From: an archaeon
Lineage (GTDB): Archaea > Nanobdellota > Nanobdellia > Pacearchaeales > UBA284
Assembly (NCBI GenBank): GCA_030641225.1
Contig: DAOWHW010000019.1
Location: forward strand, 1 to 49,309
DNA length: 49,309 bases
Direction: 5' to 3'
The notes beneath the pieces are model-generated. The model was given only the letters and a program-made list of their open reading frames with translations. It made no database searches and was not told the DNA's origin. The position numbers were made by a program, and so were the translations under genes. This document shows, in pieces, positions 18,219-25,918 of the stretch. Every line of letters starts with the position of its first letter. Within the stretch, counting starts at the first letter, position 1.

Positions 18219-18336
18219 AAAAAATAAAAAAGGGCTTACAACAGAAATTCTAATCAAAATTATTTTATATATAATTCTCTTTGCACTAATTGCCAGTGCG
18301 ATTACTTATCTTCTTAAAAGATATGGTGTAATATAA
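18211..18336 (+). CDS. Mini pilin-like protein (41 aa, not in ORF track)
   Basis: My translation is MFKKNKKG|LTTEILIKIILYIILFALIASAITYLLKRYGVI. The ATG overlaps the stop of the GH73 fusion gene, suggesting translational coupling. Confidence 0.5.
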   Translation: MFKKNKKGLTTEILIKIILYIILFALIASAITYLLKRYGVI

Positions 18337-18338
18337 TT

Positions 18339-18689
18339 TTATTTTTTCTTTCTTATCTTAATAACTTTTTTCTTGTTTATATCTACTATAACATTATACT
18401 TAAACTTCTCATAAGTTTCATCGTTCTCTATTCTAAGAGCTAGTTCAAATTCTTTATTAGGTATAAAATCTGTTATGCGTGTCTGCCAAATATATTTTTC
18501 TTGCCCGTCATAAGCTCTCCCCCAAGTATGATTCACAGACTTAAGACCATATTTACGCATGGCTTTGTTAAGGTCTTTTTCTATATTATTTATTACCTCA
18601 GTAGGTACGCCTCCAGAACTACAACCAAAAATTACTAGAGCCAATCCTGTCACAATTCCATTTCTTATCTTATTCTTTAAATTTTTCAT
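18339..18689 (-). CDS. Putative lipoprotein
   Basis: 116 aa. MKNLKNKIRNGIVTGLALVIFGCSSGG is a lipobox-like signal with Cys. It lies on the opposite strand inside the pilin run. Confidence 0.55.
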   Translation of the reverse strand: MKNLKNKIRNGIVTGLALVIFGCSSGGVPTEVINNIEKDLNKAMRKYGLKSVNHTWGRAYDGQEKYIWQTRITDFIPNKEFELALRIENDETYEKFKYNVIVDINKKKVIKIRKKK

Positions 18690-18735
18690 TTCTCTGGGGA
18701 GATAAGTTTATTAATAAATCTTTCTGATTAATAAT

Positions 18736-19623
18736 ATGAACAAAAAGGGGGCAACAGTTCAGGCAATAATTATCTCAATTATAATTATTCTATTAAGCGG
18801 AGCAATAATCTTTTTGTTTTTTAGATTTCTTCCATATAAAGAAATGATTGATAAGGAGGCATGTCATCAATCTGTTATATTGAGAAGTCAGTCAATTGCT
18901 GGTTTTGAACCAGGAAAACATTTAGTGCCATTAAATTGTAAAACTCAAGAAATAGAAATTAGCTCAACAAACGAACAATTTATAGCAAGAGAAATTTCTA
19001 ATGCCATGTATGATTGTTGGTGGATGTTAGGAGAAGGCAAATATGATTTTTTTTCTGATCCAAGCTGGCAAGAAATTGTTATTGAATTTGGAACAGCACA
19101 AGGAACAGCAAAAGCCAATTGTGTTGTCTGTAGCATAATAAAATTTACAGAAAATGTGCAAGATAAAAACCTTAGAATAGATGTTGCAGAATTTATGGAA
19201 TCAACAAAAATACCGACAAAAAATATTACTTACTTAGAATATTTGGCAGGACAGGAAGATGTAAGACTTCCTACAGGTCTAGAAATAGAAAAAATTGACA
19301 CGAGTCAAGAATATGCAATAGTTTTTATAGGTATAAGAGGAGGCAATTTTTGGTCAGGACTAATAAGTGGTGTTGGTGGTGGTGCTATAGTTGGTGCCAT
19401 AACTGGATTAGCTTTTGGTGGACCACATCCATATTTGATAGCTGCAACAACAGTTGCTGGAGATGTTCTTGGAAAACTCAATGCCATAAAAGAATTTCAA
19501 AATGCAAGAATAGCTTCTGTAAGATGTGATGGAGAAAAAAAAGGCTGCTTTATTCTTTATCTTATTCCTTTAACAGTAAAAGATTTAAGCATGACTTGCC
19601 AGAATATAGAAAGTATTTCTTAG
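18736..19623 (+). CDS. Pilin-like protein with a C-terminal glycine-zipper hydrophobic segment
   Basis: The N-terminus is MNKKG|ATVQAIIISIIIILLSGAIIFLFF. The mature part has eight Cys. Residues about 202-246 read GGNFWSGLISGVGGGAIVGAITGLAFGGPHPYLIAATTVAGDVLG. Confidence 0.7.
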   Translation: MNKKGATVQAIIISIIIILLSGAIIFLFFRFLPYKEMIDKEACHQSVILRSQSIAGFEPGKHLVPLNCKTQEIEISSTNEQFIAREISNAMYDCWWMLGEGKYDFFSDPSWQEIVIEFGTAQGTAKANCVVCSIIKFTENVQDKNLRIDVAEFMESTKIPTKNITYLEYLAGQEDVRLPTGLEIEKIDTSQEYAIVFIGIRGGNFWSGLISGVGGGAIVGAITGLAFGGPHPYLIAATTVAGDVLGKLNAIKEFQNARIASVRCDGEKKGCFILYLIPLTVKDLSMTCQNIESIS

Positions 19624-19661
19624 TAAAATCTAATAAGATTTATTAATGCTTTTTTCTTAAA

Positions 19662-20012
19662 ATGATTATGCTAAATAAAAGGGGTTTTGAGCTTAGCTGG
19701 GAGTTTATTTTTAGTCTTTTGTTTATTATAGCAATCATAGTCATGATGAGTATCTGGGTGGGTGGACAATCATCTGGATTTGGGCTTCAAAAACAAATTT
19801 TAGCTAAAGAAATCTGTATTTTAATAGGATCAGCAGATCCAAGCACAGAAATTATAATTGAACATGATAAAAAATTAACTATAGAAAAAAAAGATTCTGG
19901 AATTGTCGTAAAAAAAGGCGAATTTGATAGGGGATATTTTTATGATTGTTATCTTCGAGATAATATTGAATTTTCAAAAAAAGATGATTTCACAATTATC
20001 AAAATAAATTAA
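19662..20012 (+). CDS. Pilin-like protein (class III signal)
   Basis: MIMLNKRG|FELSWEFIFSLLFIIAIIVMM; 116 aa. Confidence 0.7.
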   Translation: MIMLNKRGFELSWEFIFSLLFIIAIIVMMSIWVGGQSSGFGLQKQILAKEICILIGSADPSTEIIIEHDKKLTIEKKDSGIVVKKGEFDRGYFYDCYLRDNIEFSKKDDFTIIKIN

Positions 20013-20055
20013 AAAAATAGATATAAAAGATAAAAAAAATAGGTGAAAAGATAAA

Positions 20056-20511
20056 ATGGGGATGAAAAATAAAAAAGCTCAGCTTGGACATGCAATGACT
20101 TGGCTTCATAAATTTTTTATTCTTGTTCTTGTTATTGGTGGTGTAGTTGCTATAGTCGCAGCGCATTATTCACAACAATTTGATATTCGTGATCAAGAAA
20201 TGAACATTATAGCACGAAAACTTATTGAATGTATTGCTCCAAATGGACACGTAACAAGATTCGACAAAGAGGTTATTGAAGATTGTTTTCCTTTTGATGA
20301 AAAAGAGTTTTTTATTAATATTAGTTTAGAAAATGACTATATTTCTATTGGAGATGGTTTTCTTGAAATACTATGTCAAGCAAAAGAAGAAGGTACGAAA
20401 GCCAAGTTTTACCCAGCTTGTCTAAAAGAAAATTATTATGTTTTCAAGGAAGATAAAGAAACTAACTTAAAGATTTTTATAGCAATCAAAAAATTTGAGA
20501 AAAATTTATAA
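20056..20511 (+). CDS. Pilin-like protein (class III signal)
   Basis: MGMKNKKA|QLGHAMTWLHKFFILVLVIGGVVAIVAA; 151 aa with four Cys. AGGTGA lies upstream. Confidence 0.7.
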   Translation: MGMKNKKAQLGHAMTWLHKFFILVLVIGGVVAIVAAHYSQQFDIRDQEMNIIARKLIECIAPNGHVTRFDKEVIEDCFPFDEKEFFINISLENDYISIGDGFLEILCQAKEEGTKAKFYPACLKENYYVFKEDKETNLKIFIAIKKFEKNL

Positions 20512-20512
20512 A

Positions 20513-21031
20513 ATGAAACTAAAAAATAAAAAAGGTCAGATAGGAGAGCTCATTTCAGATACAGCAGCATTAATTGTTATTGCTTTTCTTCTATTAATAT
20601 TTTTTATTATATCATCTAGTCTATGGGGATTTCCAAAACCAAATATTGAAAAACAAGCTATAGAAGACTCGCTTTATAATCAAGAACATGTTTCACTTAA
20701 TAACTGGCTAACAAGAAAAGTTGAAGTTAATGTTGGTAGTACAATTCAAGAAATGACTATAGCTGAATTAATAAGACTTTCAGAACTTGACCATAGTTAC
20801 AAGGGTCAGTTAGAAAAAATGGAAGATATGGCTTTTGATAAGATTTATGATACTTACAAAGTAAGGATTATGCTAAGTAAAGATGCTTTTGAACCAGGTT
20901 ATGAAATAATTCCTATTGGAGTTGTTGGTGGTATTTTCACAATTATGCCTACAGTAAGGATTATTAAAAGTCCTTTATTTTATGTTCCCTCAAATGAAAC
21001 AATTGCTGTAAATATGGAAATTCAAAAATAA
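20513..21031 (+). CDS. Pilin-like protein (class III signal)
   Basis: I trimmed the track ORF (20495) to the internal ATG just after the upstream stop. This gives MKLKNKKG|QIGELISDTAALIVIAFLLLIFFII. Confidence 0.7.
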   Translation: MKLKNKKGQIGELISDTAALIVIAFLLLIFFIISSSLWGFPKPNIEKQAIEDSLYNQEHVSLNNWLTRKVEVNVGSTIQEMTIAELIRLSELDHSYKGQLEKMEDMAFDKIYDTYKVRIMLSKDAFEPGYEIIPIGVVGGIFTIMPTVRIIKSPLFYVPSNETIAVNMEIQK

Positions 21032-21032
21032 A

Positions 21033-21845
21033 ATGATAAATAAACAAAATAAAAAAGCGAGTATATTTGCTCTAGGAATGGTTCTAGGAGTAATTATACT
21101 TATGGGTATCGCATGGTATGGTTTTGCAGCAACTAACAAAAATATTTATAAAGGGATTAAAATAATTGATCCGCTCAATTATAAAAATCTAAAAGATAAT
21201 TTTGCTCTTTATCTTAATGAGTCAGCAAAACTTTCGGCAAGCCAATCTTTTTATGAAATCGCAAAGGAAACTGCCATAGATAAAGAAAACCCAGGATGTA
21301 ATATATATTCAGGAAAAGATTATATTATCTGGTCTCAGGAGTGTAAACCAGAACAAAAAATTATAGAAGAGATGTTTATTAAATACTATAATAAAAGTTT
21401 CAATATACTGTTACAAGAATATCCTTTAATTGATACAGAAAAAATAGAATATAACCATATTTTAGAAGAAAATCAAATTAATTCATTTGCGTCTTTAGAA
21501 AAAATCAAAACAACAAAAAAGGCAGTATTTGCCACATATAATGTAAGTTATGAATTTGATCCTTCTACAAATCTCGATATTAAAAAACAAGAGATTCATT
21601 TAGAAGACTTTATCAGTATTTATCAAAAAACAACAAACCAAATAAAAATATGTAAAGAAGAAGAAAATCAGTTAGATTGTATTAAAAAAAATCTTGAGTT
21701 TGAAAGATGGATTTTTTACGTAGATAAAGAAGGTTCATTTTTTATTTTTGAGTTTAAAACCAAAAAATATTTCTTTTTTGAAAATGTTGATGGAAGAGAA
21801 AGATTTAACCCTCTAAAATTAAATTTTGCAATTATTGAAGAATAA
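21033..21845 (+). CDS. Pilin-like protein (class III signal), 270 aa
   Basis: MINKQNKKA|SIFALGMVLGVIILMGIAWYGF, with paired Cys (PGC...QEC; KIC...LDC). The start is 1 nt after the previous stop. Confidence 0.7.
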   Translation: MINKQNKKASIFALGMVLGVIILMGIAWYGFAATNKNIYKGIKIIDPLNYKNLKDNFALYLNESAKLSASQSFYEIAKETAIDKENPGCNIYSGKDYIIWSQECKPEQKIIEEMFIKYYNKSFNILLQEYPLIDTEKIEYNHILEENQINSFASLEKIKTTKKAVFATYNVSYEFDPSTNLDIKKQEIHLEDFISIYQKTTNQIKICKEEENQLDCIKKNLEFERWIFYVDKEGSFFIFEFKTKKYFFFENVDGRERFNPLKLNFAIIEE

Positions 21846-21900
21846 TCGTTTTAGTACAGGAATATTTAAAAAAAGACCTTCTTTTTATAATTATAATAAA

Positions 21901-22872
21901 ATGATTAAGGCAACATATCAACAACTTATTCAAAGAATAGTTCATCTTTCTGGCCTGACTATCGGAGAAATTGAAAGAAGAATTGAGGCTAAAAAAGCTA
22001 AGCTTTCTGGTTTGATTAGTAGTATTGGTGCAGCCCAAGTTGTAGCTGCAGAACTTGGTATTAGTTTTGAGAAACAAAGGTTCAAAATAATAGATATGCT
22101 TATAGGGATGAAAAAAATTAGTGTCATAGGTAAGGTAATAGAAACCTATCCTACCAGAAAATATAGAAGAGCAGAACATGAAGGAGAGATAGGTTCTTTC
22201 CTACTTGCTGATGATGGTTCAAGTATTAGAGTTGTTCTATGGGATACTAATCATATTGATATGATTAGAAATGGGATAATAAAAAAAGATATAGTTATAG
22301 AAATAAAAAATGCTGATGTTAGAGGCACTACAATAAGGGAAATTCATCTTAGTTCTAATGCAAAGATTGAATTAAGTGATAAAGAAATTAAAAATGTTAA
22401 GATAATAAAAGACAAATTACCTTCTAAAAAAATATCTGAGTTTAAATCAGGAGAAAAGATAAACGTTAGGGCACATATTGTGCAAATTTTTCAGCCAAAT
22501 TTCTTTTTAACATGTCCAGAATGCGGAATGAAAATTTCTTATGAGGGTGATAAAGCTGTATGTATGAAGCATGGAGCAATAGCTCCAAAAAAAAGAGCTT
22601 TGGTTAGTCTTGTAATTGATGACGGAACAGAGAATATAAGGGCTGTTGGTTTTAATGAAATTATACTTAAACTTTTCAAACTAGAAGATAAAGAGGTAGA
22701 AAAATTACAAGATTCTTCTTTCTTTCTTAATAAAAAACAAGATCTTCTTGGTAGTGAAATAATTTTTTCGGGTAGAGTTCGACAAAATGTCATGTTTAAT
22801 AGAAATGAGTTTATTTTAAATAATATAGAAGAAGCAAAACCAGGAGATATTATTGAGGATCTTAATAGATAA
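21901..22872 (+). CDS. Replication protein A-like ssDNA-binding protein (OB folds plus zinc ribbon)
   Basis: I trimmed the start to the ATG at 21901. The N-terminus MIKATYQQLIQRIVHLSGLTIGEIERRIEAKKAKLSGLIS..GAAQVVAAELGI is typical of archaeal RFA/RPA. OB-fold-like repeats follow (GKVIETYPTRKY...; INVRAHIVQIF) and then CPECG...CMKHG. Confidence 0.7.
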   Translation: MIKATYQQLIQRIVHLSGLTIGEIERRIEAKKAKLSGLISSIGAAQVVAAELGISFEKQRFKIIDMLIGMKKISVIGKVIETYPTRKYRRAEHEGEIGSFLLADDGSSIRVVLWDTNHIDMIRNGIIKKDIVIEIKNADVRGTTIREIHLSSNAKIELSDKEIKNVKIIKDKLPSKKISEFKSGEKINVRAHIVQIFQPNFFLTCPECGMKISYEGDKAVCMKHGAIAPKKRALVSLVIDDGTENIRAVGFNEIILKLFKLEDKEVEKLQDSSFFLNKKQDLLGSEIIFSGRVRQNVMFNRNEFILNNIEEAKPGDIIEDLNR

Positions 22873-23040
22873 AAAAAAGATAAATAGGGTTTTGAAACAT
22901 ATTTCACGTCAGAATAATCTTTATAAAACTTTTATGCTTCATTCTTATAGTTAAGGGGGCTGAGAATCGATAATTATGTTTTAAAAAAATGCCAGATTTG
23001 AAGACATTTCTTAAAACTTATCATAAAGAATAAAATAAAA

Positions 23041-24021
23041 ATGCCTAAAATTAAAAAAGATAAAATAGAAAATAAGAAAATTTCACTTACAGATCTGCCT
23101 GGAATTGGTCAGACAACAGCATCAAAACTTGATGGGGCAGGTTATAGTGACTTGATGAGTATTGCTGTAATGACTCCTCCTAATTTAAGTTCTGTGGCTG
23201 ATATTAGTGAAAGTGTTGCAAGAAAGGCTATAGCTGCAGCAAGAAAAATGTTAAGGCTTGAATTTGAAGATGCAACACAATACTTAAAAAAAAGAGAAGA
23301 AGTTTTTAAGATTACTACTGGTAGTAAAAATCTAAATAGGTTGCTTGGTGGGGGAGTTGAAACAAGAGCAATGACTGAAACTTTCGGTGCTTATGGTTCA
23401 GGAAAAAGCCAGATTGCTCATGTAATTGCTGTGACAACACAACTTCCTAGAGAAAAAGGTGGAGCAAATGCTAAAGTAGTATGGATTGATACAGAAGGAA
23501 CATTTAGACCAGAAAGAATTAAACAGATTGCCGAACATTTTGGTTTAGATTATATGACAGTATTAAAAAATATTTTTGTGGCTCGCGCTTTTAATAGTGA
23601 TCATCAAATACTTCTTGTAGATAAGGTTATCGATATAATTAAGAAAGGTGAACCAATAAAAGTTATAATTGTTGATTCAATCACAGCACATTTTAGAGCA
23701 GAATTTACAGGAAGAGGACAGCTTGCAGATAGACAACAAAGAATAAATAAACATTTACATAATCTTCTAAGACTTGCTGAAGCACATAATTTAGCAATTT
23801 ATATAACAAATCAAGTCATGGCCCGCCCAGATGTCATGTTTGGAGATCCAACACAAGCTATAGGAGGCCATATTGTTGGTCATGCATCAACATATAGAAT
23901 TTATTTAAGAAGAGGAAAAAAAGGAAGTAGGGTAGCTAAAATGATAGATTCACCAAATCTTCCAGAATCTGAATGTATCTTTTTTATAACAGCAAATGGC
24001 ATAGAAGATGAGGAAAAATAG
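23041..24021 (+). CDS. radA: DNA repair and recombination protein RadA
   Basis: N-terminal HhH (LTDLPGIGQTTASKL), Walker A GAYGSGKSQ, Walker B VIIVDSI, and ITNQV....GGH. Confidence 0.92.
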   Translation: MPKIKKDKIENKKISLTDLPGIGQTTASKLDGAGYSDLMSIAVMTPPNLSSVADISESVARKAIAAARKMLRLEFEDATQYLKKREEVFKITTGSKNLNRLLGGGVETRAMTETFGAYGSGKSQIAHVIAVTTQLPREKGGANAKVVWIDTEGTFRPERIKQIAEHFGLDYMTVLKNIFVARAFNSDHQILLVDKVIDIIKKGEPIKVIIVDSITAHFRAEFTGRGQLADRQQRINKHLHNLLRLAEAHNLAIYITNQVMARPDVMFGDPTQAIGGHIVGHASTYRIYLRRGKKGSRVAKMIDSPNLPESECIFFITANGIEDEEK

Positions 24022-24035
24022 CAATAAAAAATAAA

Positions 24036-24530
24036 ATGGAAAAGGAAAAAGGAGATATTTCAGACATTATAAAAAAAGGAGAATATGTTTTTATTAAAGA
24101 AACAAAATCTGAAGTTGTTCCTGATTTTAGTTTTTATATTGGAAGGGTTAATGGTTATTTTAGTAAAAAAATAAGAATTAAAGGCTATAAAGTTACTGCT
24201 ACTGGCTTACTTGCTAGTATATCAAAAATACAATTCCAGTTGCACGGTTTTTATGAAGGCGTATCAATATTTGATTTTCTTATGGATAATGTGGAGTATT
24301 CCAATATTGAAGAAATTATAGATATAAATAATAAAGAAATAAATATACTTTCAGAAAGAAATTATTTATTTTGTGAAGAATGGTTAAAATTGGGACTTCC
24401 AGATTTATTCTCACAATATAATAATACATCAAAACAAAAGAAAATAAAAAAACAATTAGAATCAAAAGTTAAAAAAACTAAATCAATTGTTTTGAAAAAG
24501 TTATTAGTAAAAGCAATAAAAGAATTATAA
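24036..24530 (+). CDS. Hypothetical protein, 164 aa
   Basis: Clean ORF 14 nt after radA with a Lys-rich C-terminus. No motif recognised. Confidence 0.45.
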   Translation: MEKEKGDISDIIKKGEYVFIKETKSEVVPDFSFYIGRVNGYFSKKIRIKGYKVTATGLLASISKIQFQLHGFYEGVSIFDFLMDNVEYSNIEEIIDINNKEINILSERNYLFCEEWLKLGLPDLFSQYNNTSKQKKIKKQLESKVKKTKSIVLKKLLVKAIKEL

Positions 24531-24538
24531 AAATAAAT

Positions 24539-25345
24539 TTATTTTTTCTTTCTGACTTTTTTCTTTCTTATTTTAGTTTTCTTTTTAATTTTTGTTGTTT
24601 TTGGCTTTGCTTTCTTTTTCTGTGTCTTAATTTTCTTTAGTTTGGCCTTAATTTTCTGCATATCTTCACTTAATTCCCGAAATTCTTTAACAGAACTTGT
24701 AACTGGCTGAATAATTTTTGAAAAAGCTCCTTCTAAAGCTTGAATCTCAGTTCCTAAAGACTTAACATCTCTACCATATTCCTGAACTCTTTCAAGAGTA
24801 GCTGATTGGAGTTTATCGAATGATTTTTCTAATCTCTTAAATCTTTCATCCATACTTTTTAATCTTGATTCCATATAACTTTTAAATTCTATGACATCTC
24901 CTGCTTTTTTTGTGAATTCATTCCATTTTTCAGCAATAATTTCTTCAGCAAGTTCTTCCATAGATTCTGTTGAAGTAGTTGCTCCATAAGCATAAGGATA
25001 AGAATAAGGATATGCTTCAGATCCTGCTTCTGGTGCCTGCGTTGTAGGCATGACAGGGGCTCTTTCTTCAGAAGGATAACTTTCTTCATCCGCATATTCT
25101 CCCCTTTCTTGACTCATTATTGAAGGAACCATTTCTTCTTCACCATATACTTCTTCTGTTTCACCAGTATCAGATTCCATGCCAGCTGTTTTTTCTAATT
25201 CAAGTCTAATTTTTGCCTGATTCATTGCATCATTTATCTGTGTAGGATTATATCCTTCCTCTCTCAAATACTGGATTATATCAGCATCTGTATAACCCTG
25301 TTTAGTTAAATCTAAAACCTCATTAATTGGAATTTTTCTCCTCAT
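24539..25345 (-). CDS. Coiled-coil protein with an acidic/aromatic linker and a polylysine tail
   Basis: 268 aa. It has a small N-terminal helical domain (INEVLDLTKQGYTDADIIQYLREEGYNPTQINDAM), an acidic low-complexity region with YPYSYPYAYG, a heptad-like region and the tail KKKAKPKTTKIKKKTKIRKKKVRKKK. Confidence 0.55.
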   Translation of the reverse strand: MRRKIPINEVLDLTKQGYTDADIIQYLREEGYNPTQINDAMNQAKIRLELEKTAGMESDTGETEEVYGEEEMVPSIMSQERGEYADEESYPSEERAPVMPTTQAPEAGSEAYPYSYPYAYGATTSTESMEELAEEIIAEKWNEFTKKAGDVIEFKSYMESRLKSMDERFKRLEKSFDKLQSATLERVQEYGRDVKSLGTEIQALEGAFSKIIQPVTSSVKEFRELSEDMQKIKAKLKKIKTQKKKAKPKTTKIKKKTKIRKKKVRKKK

Positions 25346-25383
25346 CTTATTAATTTAAAAATAGATTTTCAAGTTTTTATTTT

Positions 25384-25782
25384 TTACTCTTCTTCTTCAA
25401 TTGGAATAATTTCCCCTTTTTTGTATTTAAGTGCCTTTTTTATTAGTCTTTTAACATCATCTATTGTGGCAAACTTAAGGGGTTCAAAAATTTTGATATA
25501 TCTTTCAAAAACCTTAAGTTCATCTCTTCTTGCAAATTCAGCATTTTCAGCAACAATGTGATCAACTTTATCTTTTATCCTGTCAATTTCATTTTTTATA
25601 TTCCTTACGTCTTCTTTTAAAATAACAAGTTCTTTATTTAGCCTACTATTTTGTTTCAGAATTGTCTGGCCTAAAGTGAGAAGCCTTTCCTTAATTAACC
25701 TTGTTTTTTCTTCAACATCATTTACTCTAGTACTAAAATCTGAAAGTAAAGCAGAAATTGCTCCTAATTCTTTTTCATCCAT
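25384..25782 (-). CDS. Small coiled-coil protein
   Basis: 132 aa, with heptad-like sequence through most of its length. It is transcribed divergently from the pilus ATPase. Confidence 0.55.
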   Translation of the reverse strand: MDEKELGAISALLSDFSTRVNDVEEKTRLIKERLLTLGQTILKQNSRLNKELVILKEDVRNIKNEIDRIKDKVDHIVAENAEFARRDELKVFERYIKIFEPLKFATIDDVKRLIKKALKYKKGEIIPIEEEE

Positions 25783-25918
25783 TTTTCCTCTTTTCTATCT
25801 TTTAAAAAAGAAATTTTGATTTAAATATTTATCTTGTTCTAAATTGTTTTATAGTAATAATTAAAAATATACGTTTACTTGTAAATAAGAATAAAAGTAA
25901 AAGAGGAAAAAGAATAAT

